Numbered from the stretch's first letter, positions 1-9,615 are shown. The stretch: 64,000 nucleotides of DNA from an uncultured bacterium (GCA_963749495.1 CAVVMW010000025.1:1-64000), one strand, 5' to 3'. Notes: a model not told the origin generated them from the letters alone. Made by a program: numbers and translations.

Positions 1-17
1 TGACAACCCGCGTTCAC

Positions 18-206
18 ATTGTAAAAAAGTATAGATGTGACCCCGATTTCGACGGTGACCGATTTCGACGATTTTGACCCCGATTTCGACGATTTCTGAT
101 TTCCCCTTCTTAGATGTGTGATTGTAAAAAAGTATAGATGTGACCCCGATTTCCCCCGAGTATAGATGTGACCCCGATTTCCCCCGATTTCTCCGCCGAT
201 TTCTCC
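18..206. repeat. Stuttered repeat array of a TGACCCC-ended terminus (unit ATTGTAAAAAAGTATAGATGTGACCCCGATTTC)
   Basis: Full unit at 18-50 and 121-153, partial copy at 159-181, plus many GATTTC/TGACCCCGATTTC fragments; abuts the truncated 3' end of the transposase on the minus strand. Confidence 0.85.
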
Positions 207-1582
207 GTCGGACGCGCACGGATTTGTTCTGTAAAGGCGTCAACTTCTCGCTGGAGGGTCTGCACCGGGATGGGCTCGCCGTCATGGTTGAGTCCTTGGC
301 GTCCGCTCACCGGGGCCAGGTGCAGAGCTTGGCGCAGTTGGTCGAAGAGTTGGCTGTGGCTTTCCAGCCGGTTGAGGGTGTGTCCCAAAGGGCGGTCCTG
401 GATCAAGTCCTGCAGGTCCAGACCCAAGTGGTGAAAAGGCAGGTTGCGCCGCCACTCTTCGCCGCGGCTCAGAGCGATGAAAGACTGGAGTTGGGAGTGG
501 ACTTGCTGGGCCCGGCGGGCCAGCACCAGCAGCGGGCGATCAAAAGGGAAGCCATAGCCTTGGCCCTGGTGTAATCCGGCCAAGATCCAGTGGGCCAGCA
601 GATAAGCCGCCAGCAGCGGGGCTTGCGCAACCGGTTGGGCGGGCCAGCCCGAAACCGGCAACTGGGAGAGCGTCTGGCGCAGTGGCTCATCGGCATCGAT
701 CTGTTTCTGCCACGCCCGCAAGCGGGCGCGCAATTGAGCGAGGGTGCCGTGAGTTTGGAGGCGTTGGCGCACGGTGTCATATTCGGCCCCGAAGAGGTCT
801 TTGCCCAAATCGCGCAGAAAGTGGAAGTGACAGATGAAGTCGGGAATGCCGGGAAAGACTTCCTGGATGGCGGCCAGAATACCTTTGGACATGTCGTGCA
901 CCAGGGCCAGAGGCGGGCCGAAGCACTGGTGGAGGTGGCGCAGGAAGGGCACGATCCCGTCGGCCTTCTCACTGGGCAGTTTGACATTGCCCAGGACGAT
1001 TTCCATGACGGCGTTGATTCCGGTCATGAGCATGGGGCTCTTGTCTTCGTAGGTGGCATCCAGGTGGAGGATGTAACCGCCCTGGAGCGCCATGGCTTGC
1101 TGGAGCCGGGCGGAGCAGCGGCGGTGCGCCAGCGCCAACAGGACGATGAAACGGCGTCCCAAATCGGCCACGGTGCTGGCGCTCAAGTGAACGTGGCGCT
1201 GAGCCAACTCCGCGATGATCTGGCGCACCGGCTGGGCCTCGACAAAGAGCCACCGACCGACCTCAACCACGACGTCGTAGCCGTAGTTGCAGCCTGGGGC
1301 CACCAGGCGGCGCAAGTCGGCCGAGCCATAGACCTGATCGGTGGTGGGATCGCGCCAGATCGTTTCGCGCGCGATCCAGGGTCCGATGGGCAGAGTGGTG
1401 ACCTGACGCCTGTGGGTTTTGAGGACCTGAAAGGGGCCCGTGGCGGTTGGGGGCAGAGTCGGCGGCTCGGTGAAATCCAGGAGCGGCGGCTGGGCAAACA
1501 GAGCGGCACTGGAGGTCTGTTGCCGGAGTTGTTGCCGGTAGTCGTTCAGGCAGTCGAGCCAGGCGGCAGTGGTGTTTTTTTT
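205..1582 (-). pseudogene. DDE transposase, catalytic ORF (MULE/IS256-like or ISNCY-type), 3'-truncated
   Basis: Motifs LHLDATY, LVHDMSKGI and FICHFHFLRD; the frame has no good start of its own and overlaps the upstream ORF at an A8 run; C-terminus runs into the repeat array at ~205. Confidence 0.75.
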
Positions 1583-2214
1583 AGCGTCAGGCCGTGGTGG
1601 GCGAACAGGCCGACAATGGCTTGGGCGCTCAGGTGGGGATAGGCCGCCTGCAGGTGAGCGGCCAACTGTTCGGGGCTGCGCTCCGGATGCTGGATGGCCT
1701 GGACCAACACGGCGATGGCTTCCTGGGCCGAAGGCAACGGGACTGGGGCCAGGGCAGCACTGCGCAGGGCTTTTTGGGAGGCGGCCACAGTCGGGTCGGC
1801 GGCGAAATAGACGTAATGGCCCTGGTGTTTTTCGCGCTGCAACTCGGGATGCTGATGGAACTGCCAGAGAAAGGAACGGGGGTCCGAGTGCAGGTGTTGG
1901 CCCAATTGCGCGGCGGTGAGTCCGCCGGGGGATTGGCGCACCAAGGCCACGATGGTTTGCGGCAGATGGCCGTGGCGGGAAAAGCCGATATCGCGATGGA
2001 ACCACAGCCCCTGCTCGTCGAATTGGGGCAACTCGGGCAGAGTGTAAAAGCGGCTATTGTAGTTGAAGCTGGCCAGGGCAGCCCAGCCTTTGAGACGCCG
2101 CCGGGCAGTGCGGAGCGAAAGGCGCAGCTCCTGCATGAGTTGGGGCAGGGTGATCACTTTTTGTCGCCGCCAGCGCCGGAGCAGGGAGGTGGCCGCATCC
2201 CGGACAGGTTTCAT
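1546..2214 (-). CDS. N-terminal/partner ORF (OrfA) of the same transposable element, probable HTH DNA-binding region
   Basis: ATG at 2214 (MKPVRDA); ends LTLKKTP over an A8 slippery run whose -1 frame is the transposase frame. Confidence 0.7.
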   Translation of the reverse strand: MKPVRDAATSLLRRWRRQKVITLPQLMQELRLSLRTARRRLKGWAALASFNYNSRFYTLPELPQFDEQGLWFHRDIGFSRHGHLPQTIVALVRQSPGGLTAAQLGQHLHSDPRSFLWQFHQHPELQREKHQGHYVYFAADPTVAASQKALRSAALAPVPLPSAQEAIAVLVQAIQHPERSPEQLAAHLQAAYPHLSAQAIVGLFAHHGLTLKKTPLPPGSTA

Positions 2215-2281
2215 GGCGAGCAGAGGTCTGAGCAAACCGCCACGTTTTCAGCCGATTTAAGAAAATCTTTTGGTGGGTTGG

Positions 2282-4617
2282 CTATTGGACGTGGTAGCGG
2301 ATCGGAAGATGAAATCTATCTGCGGTCACGGGCCGCATGTTGTTGAGGTCTTCAGCATAGGTGCCGGGCCGCGTAGTCGATCTCCGGATTGCTGAATCTC
2401 CTCAAGTTGACTTCCAACTGCCCCCTTTCCAGTTTCACGTAGCCCGTTCGTTCCACGATCATCGCCAGCGCCGGGACGACCTCCTTCTTCCAATCGTAAT
2501 GTCTCAACAAGAGGCGGCACATCTGGGCTTGGAGGTTGCAGGCAAACACCTTGATGCAATCCAGGAATCGCTTCTTCTCGTGGTTGAGTCGCAGCAACTT
2601 TTCCCCAGCGTGGGCCTCGTCGAAGCGAACCTCGGCCGGGAGGCCGTCCAGTTCACGGTCGGTTAACAGGATCGCACTCTGAGCCACTGCGATATCGTCG
2701 AGCACCTCCTTCTGACTCCGGGTTGGGCGGCGGCGTTGATTGGCCGGCGCCGGGAGCATGTGGTCGGCTAATTCAATCTTTAAGCGGTTCAACTCCCCGA
2801 CCAAACCCGCTCGCTTCTGCTTGAGTCCCTTGACCTGCGGGTTGTCCACCATCGGTTGCTCTTCCAATTCCTCGGCGACGTATCCCGGCGTGTAGTTGAT
2901 CAGGTGCTTGTGGAGCAGTTCCTTGATAGCATTCTCCTCTCCCCAACGCCCACAGATTAACTGCACGATCCGCTCCGCCCCAATCTCCTCTGCCGCGCCG
3001 TTGGTGTAAATCGCGCAGCGCTTTTTGTCCCCGGCGCTTTGAATCACCACGGCCCGGATCTTTCCGTACTTGCTCATCAGGCGCGTGGTCTCCAGGTAGG
3101 GAATGTCCTCGGCCTTCTGGATCTGATAGGCCACGTGTGCCACCTGGGTGAATTGCCCCTCCGGCAGGTCGTTGACCCATTTATCGGCATACTTAGCCCA
3201 ACTGATGAACAGCGCCCGCCGTTTCCCCTCCCCTTGGTCTCGGCCATCCAGGTAGCGGTAGAGCTCGGCACTGTACCCCTCACGATCAAACAGCACGATC
3301 AGCTTATCCAACCGCTCCTGGCTCACTCCCGCTTTGGCCCCGACCCTTTTGGCTTTCTCGATCAGCTCCGGTATCTTTTGCAGCAAATCCTCCGCGCACG
3401 AGCGGATCAGGAACAGCCAGGGACTGAAGTGCTCATCCACCGCCAGAAAATTGTAGCTGCCTTTCATCGGCACCTGGCGCACCCCGTGCCAGCCCTTCTG
3501 GATCGGATTCAGGCCGTAATACGGCATGAAGTGTTCATCAATGTACATCACCCCCCACGCGGCCAGCCCAGACCTCAAATACGCCACGGCAAATTCATCG
3601 ATCAATGCCTCGCCCCGCCCCAATTCCCTGACCTTGTGCAGAAACCGCCGCAGCGTGAACAGGCTCGGACTCAGGGCGCGCCCCACCAACACCCCAAATT
3701 CCTCCCGGTAGGCGCGCTTGAAATCTTCCATCGACCGAAACCCAAACACATCCAAGTAAAACAGTGCCAACCCTAGTTCCTCCAGACTGTAACCTTCGTG
3801 AGTCGCCATCGTGATGACTCCTCGCAGCGTCGGCAGAAAATGGTAGCGCGCCAACAGCGGGGCGAAGAGCAGATCCGCCGGCATACGCGTTGTAGGCACC
3901 TTGTTCCAACTGATCCAGGTAGACCCGCTGCGCCGATGAATAGTTCCGCCGCGATCCTCCCCCCGACTCCTGGCCTCGGGGCTCGCCTCCCGGGACGCTG
4001 CCTTGACCCATTCCATCTTGCGTCTCCCACGCGCTGCGCCCGGCCACTGGCTCCTCGGCCCCGTTGGTATTGGCGCCCAAGTTCAGAAGCAACTGCCGCG
4101 GGTTCTCAAGGCCAAAAAGCTCACCCTGGACCCCACCGCCCTCGCCGCCACCCTCCCTCGATTCACCCAGCCCGTTCTCCTCCAGCACCAGTTCGATGCT
4201 CGGCACGCTCACCACCTCATGCCAGCCCTCGGCCAAGCGCTGCTGAATCGCTTCGAGTTCGCGGATTCCCTCCTGGAAAACGATCAGCAAAATCTTGGCC
4301 CGTACCGCGGCGGTGATCTTCCAAGGGCCCTTGGGTCCGCTGCGCTCCGGCACCAACCCTCGCATTCCCTCGTCGGCAAACGCCGCAAGGTAGTTCCGCA
4401 CCGAATTGACATGCCGGCCAAACGCAACTGCCAACTCTTCCTCGCTTCCCAGTCCGCATTGGTATAACTGCACAATCGCCAGGCGAAGGCACCCCTCATC
4501 TTCCGACTGCCAACTCATATAGGGCTGGCCCTTCACGAGCACCCGGGTGGTCTGCTCATCAGTGACCACGCTGATCGACCTTTCTGGCTGCCATCCCGGA
4601 AAGCTGACCTGGTCCAT
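2282..4617 (-). CDS. Large DDE transposase (IS4-superfamily-like/ISNCY) with N-terminal HTH; two +1 frameshifts
   Basis: Joins ORFs 3595..4641 and 2352..4016 at ~3872 (NAYAGG/LLFAPLL); motifs MYIDEHF, LFDREGYS and RWGEENAIKE; removing one T at ~2354 restores the tail LCEDLNNMRPVTADRFHLPIRYHVQ*. Confidence 0.8.
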
Positions 4618-4700
4618 AGCAAGAACTGGTTTTGGTGGCAACTCTTACCATGAAATGGCCCGGCGAAAAATCCACAAGGGATTTTTTTAATTCGCCTCAA

Positions 4701-4731
4701 TCGTAAGCTGCTCTTGCCAAGCAGCTTACGA
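4701..4731. other. Perfect palindrome TCGTAAGCTGCT-N7-AGCAGCTTACGA (dif/Xer-site-like TAAG-N17-CTTA)
   Basis: 12-bp perfect inverted repeat just inside the right TIR, upstream of the transposase. Confidence 0.55.
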
Positions 4732-5021
4732 AAACGCCTTTTTCAGCGTGGCGGTTTGCTCTGACCTCTGGCGAGGAGGAGATTTCGGTCCTTGGCACAG
4801 TATATGAATATGGTTTAAAATATACATATAGTATGCCATACGGGGGGAAGCGCGACAAGGAAAAAGCGGACGATCTGGCGGAAAATCAAAGACCCAAACT
4901 CACCTTAACCGGCCTTGCCGGCTACATATACTGGGCCACGTTCCCCTCAAGCCCACCCTAACTAATTGGGCGAAAGGCATCTGCGTGATCGCGAATTCCC
5001 CAACCGAATTTCGTGATCATA

Positions 5022-5182
5022 GGTACGTTGCCCATTTTCACAGCGAGAGAAACCACCAAGGCAGGGGCAATGTGATTCTGTTTCCGGTGCCGGCTGACCA
5101 GATTGGGGAGAAGGAAGGACCGATTCGGAGGAGAGAGCGGCTGGGAGGGGTACTCAGGTTCTACTACCGTGAGGCTGCATGA
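5022..5182 (+). pseudogene. C-terminal remnant of an integrase-core (rve, IS481/IS3-like) transposase
   Basis: YVAHFHSERNHQG...RRRERLGGVLRFYYREAA* is the typical C-terminus; the 5' part is replaced by a hairpin (4986-5019) that probably ends the outer element. Confidence 0.75.
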
Positions 5183-5271
5183 ATTGTTTGACCTTACGGG
5201 TTGCCTGGCTGAGGCCGCACCCGTGGAGCTCCACGTTGCCACCAACGGCAACGACCTTTGACCTCGCGGGC

Positions 5272-5517
5272 CTACCACATGTTCCAGTAGCCGCCGCCTT
5301 GGTAGGCCCAGTAGTTCGTCATGTTCCGGAGGTTCTTCCAGTTGACTGAGCCCGAAAGGAGCAGAACATTGCCGCCCGCGCCGCCGACTTGGCGCGAGGT
5401 GGTGAGCTTGGTCACGCCCCCGATAAACGGGTCGCCGGCTTCCTTGGCCGCCCCGCCCGGCCCGTGCGGCGCAATGAGCCAGCCGTAACCGGTCGCAGGG
5501 TCGGCCCAGGCATTTGA
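5272..5517 (-). pseudogene. 3' remnant of a prepilin-type / H-X9-DG-like protein
   Basis: Not in the ORF track; reads NAWADPATGYGWLIAPHGPGG...GGAGGNVLLLSGSVNWK...YWNMW*; 5' part missing at the GGGGTCA end at 5524. Confidence 0.55.
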
Positions 5518-5523
5518 GGGAAA

Positions 5524-5852
5524 GGGGTCAAACCATAACTTTTCACTTCAAATCGGCTTGCGCTTCGGTTTGGTCATCTCGAAGTTGGCGCGGCATATTG
5601 TCCTGCCAACCGCTTCGACCGCTGTCGAGGGGAAAAAGTATGGTTTGACCCTTTCATTGAAGGGGCACTTGAAGGGCGAGCCGGCAAAGCTGGCCCTGGC
5701 GGCGCGGTTGCGGCGCGAGACCACCTTGACCGTCCGCCAAATCGCCGAGCGGTTGCACATGGGCAGTTGGAAGAGCCTGAACAACAAGCTGTATCTGCGC
5801 CGCAAGACCGAGCCGGAGGAGGTCAAAAAGTGAAAAGTTATGGTTTGACCCC
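5524..5852. mobile_element. Internally deleted RAYT-like element with perfect 25-bp inverted ends
   Basis: GGGGTCAAACCATAACTTTTCACTT (5524-5548) and AAGTGAAAAGTTATGGTTTGACCCC (5828-5852), third partial end at 5633-5651; encloses KGEPAKLALAARLRRETTLTVRQIAERLHMGSWKSLNNKLY, resembling the C-terminal HTH of Verrucomicrobia RAYT/Y1 transposases. Confidence 0.7.
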
Positions 5853-5870
5853 TCCTCTGTGCGTTCCGGG

Positions 5871-5898
5871 TTCACGTTTCACGTTTCACGTTTCACGT
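5871..5898. repeat. Heptamer tandem repeat (TTCACGT)x4
   Basis: Seen directly; overlaps the stop codon of ORF 5886..6116; same unit as 34291-34388. Confidence 0.9.
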
Positions 5899-6116
5899 TT
5901 CCTCTCCTCGGCGGCAACGCATTTCGAGAATTCAGCGCCCAGGGCTCGGAGGGCCGGGTCGCGAGACGCGAGGAGCTCGGAGAGGGATTGCTGCCCGGCT
6001 GCGTGGAGGATGCGGGCACGGAAGCCGGCTTGGGCTTGCCTGGCTTGGGCCTCGGCTTCGATGCGGTCAGCGCGGGGGCGGTCCAGTTGGAGGGATTGAA
6101 AGCTGGAATTTCTCAT
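5886..6116 (-). CDS. Small hypothetical protein
   Basis: MRNSSFQSLQLDRPRADRIEAE...; the stop lies in the heptamer array as it does for coaC. Confidence 0.4.
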   Translation of the reverse strand: MRNSSFQSLQLDRPRADRIEAEAQARQAQAGFRARILHAAGQQSLSELLASRDPALRALGAEFSKCVAAEERKRET

Positions 6117-6403
6117 GGACGCCACTATGCGCCCCCTCGGCCGCTCCTGTCCACGGACAGAGCGGACGGTTCGGACAATGCGGAGTTTTTACGCTTGGGC
6201 CGGCTATCGAATGGGGTGGATTTCGACCGCCCGCGAAGCGGCAATGGAAGTCGATTCGGAACGCCAGCCTCTGCTCCCATGAGACCTTCTGCTGGCGTTC
6301 CCACCACCCAAGCGACGCCGCCCGAGCCAGGGATTCTGCACGCCGCGGGCCAACGCCGCCGCCGCTGGCCCAAGACCCGCAGAAACCCGGCAAAACATGC
6401 CGC

Positions 6404-6432
6404 TTGACACCCTGGCCGCCCTCTCGCACGAT
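6404..6432 (+). promoter_or_regulatory. Putative sigma70 promoter of the nuclease-membrane protein-pglZ operon
   Basis: TTGACA (6404-6409), 17-bp spacer, CACGAT (6427-6432). Confidence 0.5.
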
Positions 6433-6469
6433 GTCGGCATGCTCAGTGAGACCCAAAACCAATTCCCCC

Positions 6470-6528
6470 TGACCCGCGCAGCGCTCAGTACATGCGGGCG
6501 CCCAAAAAAGCAATTTCCATCTATCAGT
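6470..6528 (+). repeat. Direct repeat copy 1 flanking the nuclease gene
   Basis: TGACCCGCGCAGCGCTCAGTACATGCGGGCGCCCAAAAAAGCAATTTCC...TATCAGT; 48/49 identical to 7509-7557. Confidence 0.92.
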
Positions 6529-6560
6529 CCTGAGTAACCAACAACCAGGAAACGAACTTT

Positions 6561-7511
6561 ATGTCAGGAGTAAGGCTCCACAACCTCCGGCAAGGCGACC
6601 GGAGTGAATACCTCGCTGTTTACCTCCTTTCTGCTTTGGGACTTGTCACCCAAGTGCCTCGGCAGGAAGACATTGGTTTTGACCTCATCTGTAACCTGGC
6701 TGAGCAGGAGTCGGGGATTCTCAGTTTTCGGCATCACTACGCGGTATCGGTAAAGTCAGCCTCGACGCCGAACGTGGTGCTCGAGCCGCCGGAATCCAGG
6801 CAGAAGGATCCGAGATACACATCCCATTTCGATTGGTTATTTCACCTTGAGTTGCCGCTCATGCTCGCGGTTGTAGACAAAGCCCGAGAATCGCTCTCGC
6901 TTTACTCTACCCTGCCGGCGTGGTTTCTTTACTACGAACGTTTCCACGACTGTGGCATCGTCGAACTGGTGCCGCGGACCCAAACCGGTGGTGCGAATCT
7001 CGTGGTTGACCATCCAGCAGAGCTCGGAGCCGAGCCGGGGCCAGGTGGCCTAAAGCGCTTCCAAGTGGATCTCGGCTATCCCATCACGGTCATCTCCGCC
7101 GCTGACTTGCGGGATAGGGATCTGCTACAGAAGAAGAAGGTATCTTTGGAACAGGCGATTGAACTCGGTGCTCAATCTGCTCGATTTGCCCAGATGCAGA
7201 CACCGTTCTTCTGGTGGTTCAACGTTACAATTCCCAGCGGCTACATCTTCGGTGACACGAATCCCGACGGATACAACGGGGGCACGGCCTGGTGGGTGGG
7301 AGCCTGCCCTAATGCGCTACAACTAGCGCAAATGATGCGAGGTTTAGCCCCTGGATTGATGTCCGCGGCTTTGCTGTTTAAGTGCGCAAACGCGACACCC
7401 CTTCTCGAATCCATGCGCCCCGCCCTGAGAATGCTTCCTCCTGGGAGCGTTTTCCCAGAGATTCAAAAACTTCTGCCTGAGGTCTACGCCGACCAAGCCC
7501 CACAGGCATGA
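6561..7511 (+). CDS. PD-(D/E)xK restriction-endonuclease-like protein (DUF4365-like N-terminal domain)
   Basis: GDRSEYLA...PRQEDIGFDL...YAVSVKS matches the E...D...(Q/S)xK nuclease pattern; AGGA upstream of the ATG. Confidence 0.65.
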   Translation: MSGVRLHNLRQGDRSEYLAVYLLSALGLVTQVPRQEDIGFDLICNLAEQESGILSFRHHYAVSVKSASTPNVVLEPPESRQKDPRYTSHFDWLFHLELPLMLAVVDKARESLSLYSTLPAWFLYYERFHDCGIVELVPRTQTGGANLVVDHPAELGAEPGPGGLKRFQVDLGYPITVISAADLRDRDLLQKKKVSLEQAIELGAQSARFAQMQTPFFWWFNVTIPSGYIFGDTNPDGYNGGTAWWVGACPNALQLAQMMRGLAPGLMSAALLFKCANATPLLESMRPALRMLPPGSVFPEIQKLLPEVYADQAPQA

Positions 7512-7564
7512 CCCGCGCAGCGCTCAGTACATGCGGGCGCCCCAAAAAGCAATTTCCTATCAGT
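7509..7564 (+). repeat. Direct repeat copy 2; its first three bases are the nuclease stop codon
   Basis: TGACCCGCGCAGCGCTCAGTACATGCGGGCGCCCCAAAAAGCAATTTCCTATCAGT. Confidence 0.92.
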
Positions 7565-7630
7565 GACAACGACCGGCACTTGAGCTTGGCAGAGAAACGG
7601 AATCGTTTTAAGGCAACATCCTGAATCAAC

Positions 7631-8656
7631 ATGAACACCGAAAGAAAATCCGCGAGCGTGGCCAAGCCTGTTCTCGTACTGGCCCTAGGTCTGATCCTGG
7701 TCACAGCAGCCTGGTGGTTGACAAGAAACAGCCCACAGCAACGAAGAATACATAGGCAAAGACAGGAATTTTTCGCTGTCAGTGGCCTACAAGTGTTGAA
7801 CCGGGAGCAACAGAGGAATAAGGATGCGATGGAGCGTGCCAAGCAACAGCTCGCAGTTCACTTTGCGCGGTATCGCCTTGGGGCATCCGACTTTGCCGAA
7901 AACTTAACCACATGGGGAACACGATACAAAATCAGCGAAGCTGCGCTACGGGACTGGTGGTCCAAGTCCAACGAAGCGCGAAAGATAGCCACTGCAAAGT
8001 TCGAGGAGTTCGTAGTTAGTGGCCAGCGACTACAGAAGGATGTGACCAACGTGATTGCGCAGTTCGCGTCGGACCTGGAGGCTAACAGAAACAAGATGCT
8101 CAGCGAAATACAGGAAAATGTCTCCCTCGCTGCGGTTCCGTGCGCTTCCACGGAGCTTGGTTCAACCAATCTCGTCGGAGCCTTCATGCTTGAAGTGCAG
8201 CCTTTGATTAAGGCGCGAGCCACGCAATCACCGATCATCGCTGTCCTGGCCTCGGGCGGCGGTTTCATCGCCGGGGAAGCGGGCGCTCGGATTCTCACGC
8301 GGATCTTCACCACAATCGCCGCCAGGGTTGCGACGGGTGCTGCCGTGCGCGGTAGCGCAGTTGCGGGCGGGGCGGTAGCGGGTGGAGAGGGCGGCGGTCT
8401 GTTCGCGCCTGGTGTCGGCACTGCAATAGGTGTCGTCGGGGGCATCATAGTAGGTTTTGCTGTGGACTGGTGGACGGAAAAGAGATTCAAGGAAAAGGTC
8501 ACGGGCGAGTGCAACACGATGCTTGCGGACATGGAACATGCACTGTGGACCCACGAAACCGAGGGATTGGGGCACAGCTTCACAAGAACGATCCAGACCA
8601 TACGCGAGTGCCACAAAACCGCGTTACGAAAAGTAATCACCGGAGAAGCAAAATGA
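7631..8656 (+). CDS. Hypothetical membrane protein with N-terminal TM helix, helical body and glycine-zipper region
   Basis: PVLVLALGLILVTAAWW; GGAVAGGEGGGLFAPGVGTAIGVVGGIIVGFAVDWW. Confidence 0.75.
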   Translation: MNTERKSASVAKPVLVLALGLILVTAAWWLTRNSPQQRRIHRQRQEFFAVSGLQVLNREQQRNKDAMERAKQQLAVHFARYRLGASDFAENLTTWGTRYKISEAALRDWWSKSNEARKIATAKFEEFVVSGQRLQKDVTNVIAQFASDLEANRNKMLSEIQENVSLAAVPCASTELGSTNLVGAFMLEVQPLIKARATQSPIIAVLASGGGFIAGEAGARILTRIFTTIAARVATGAAVRGSAVAGGAVAGGEGGGLFAPGVGTAIGVVGGIIVGFAVDWWTEKRFKEKVTGECNTMLADMEHALWTHETEGLGHSFTRTIQTIRECHKTALRKVITGEAK

Positions 8657-9612
8657 AAAACCTACGCATCGTTACTATGCTTGGGTGCCTGGCCATAGGC
8701 TTTTTTCCGGCGGCCCAGGCCCAACTAGGCTGGGTTGGGAAAGCCGCCAAGGAACTCGTTGAGGCGGTAGCCGCGAAAGGAGGGCAACAAGCGGCGAAGG
8801 AATTGACGGAAATGGGGGGTGAGGCCCTCGCCAGGGAGGCACTTGAAAAAGCTGCCCAAGAAGGCGGCGAGAAGTTGGCGCAGAAACTTGCAGCGCGGAC
8901 GGTTGAGCACGGGCCTGCCCTGTTGAAGGTTGCGAAATCCTCGCCAGCGAAATTCCTCTCTGCCTTTGATGAAATGACCCCCGCGATGCAGAAGGCGGCG
9001 GCGCAAGCGATGACCCGCGAGCCTGACTTGATGGCCCGCTTGTTTTCCGATCTGGGAAAAGAAGTGCTGACAGCAGCGGCCAAGCACCCTGGGGTGGGCA
9101 CGCAAGTAATGGAGATTCTGGGCGGCGAGGGCGCAGAGACGCTGGGCAAGATCACCACAGACGAAGCGATTCAACTTAGCAGGCTGGCTCCGAAGGTTGC
9201 CAACGTGGCGGAACCCGGAAGGCAGAGCTTAATGGAAATGATCGGGGAGGCACCGAGGCCCATTATGGACTTGCTGGAGAGACACCCAAGGGTCATGTTG
9301 ACGGCGGCAGGGGTAGCCTCCTTCATCGCCGCGAAGGAACGGTTACTTGGGGGAGCTGAAATAGTGGTCGATAAGGACGGAGTTGCGCATGTCGTCGCAA
9401 AACCCGGCTTCATCGAAAGGATATGGCGGCTAACGTTGGAGACATTCAAGGGTCCGCTTGGAGCCAGCATTTGGGCCGCAGGCTTGATCATGCTGAGCTG
9501 GGGAGCAATCAAGCTTTGGGGGGCCTACAGAATCCAGAAAGCGAAAGTTCTGATTAAAGAAGCCCAACTCGCTCAGGAGGCAGAACACCCCAGGCAAGGC
9601 TCTCCCAAATAG
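8653..9612 (+). CDS. Hypothetical exported/membrane-anchored helical protein
   Basis: ATGA overlap with the upstream stop; signal peptide MKNLRIVTMLGCLAIGFFPAAQA; C-terminal TM LGASIWAAGLIMLSWGAI. Confidence 0.75.
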   Translation: MKNLRIVTMLGCLAIGFFPAAQAQLGWVGKAAKELVEAVAAKGGQQAAKELTEMGGEALAREALEKAAQEGGEKLAQKLAARTVEHGPALLKVAKSSPAKFLSAFDEMTPAMQKAAAQAMTREPDLMARLFSDLGKEVLTAAAKHPGVGTQVMEILGGEGAETLGKITTDEAIQLSRLAPKVANVAEPGRQSLMEMIGEAPRPIMDLLERHPRVMLTAAGVASFIAAKERLLGGAEIVVDKDGVAHVVAKPGFIERIWRLTLETFKGPLGASIWAAGLIMLSWGAIKLWGAYRIQKAKVLIKEAQLAQEAEHPRQGSPK

Positions 9613-9615
9613 GGC

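Larger units (their letters stand above)
2221..4770 (-). mobile_element. Complete IS (2550 bp) with 24-bp TIRs and 5-bp TSD, nested in the leader of the outer element
   Basis: Left CAGAGGTCTGAGCAAACCGCCACG; right end reverse complement CAGAGGTCAGAGCAAACCGCCACG (1 mismatch); GCGAG duplicated at 2216-2220 and 4771-4775. Confidence 0.92.

Noticed and set aside
18..206. CRISPR array
   Set aside because: Repeats are ragged in length, have no unique spacers of regular size, and no cas genes are present
6470..7564. Integron attC cassette
   Set aside because: No RYYYAAC/GTTRRRY boxes, no long imperfect palindrome and no integron integrase in the window
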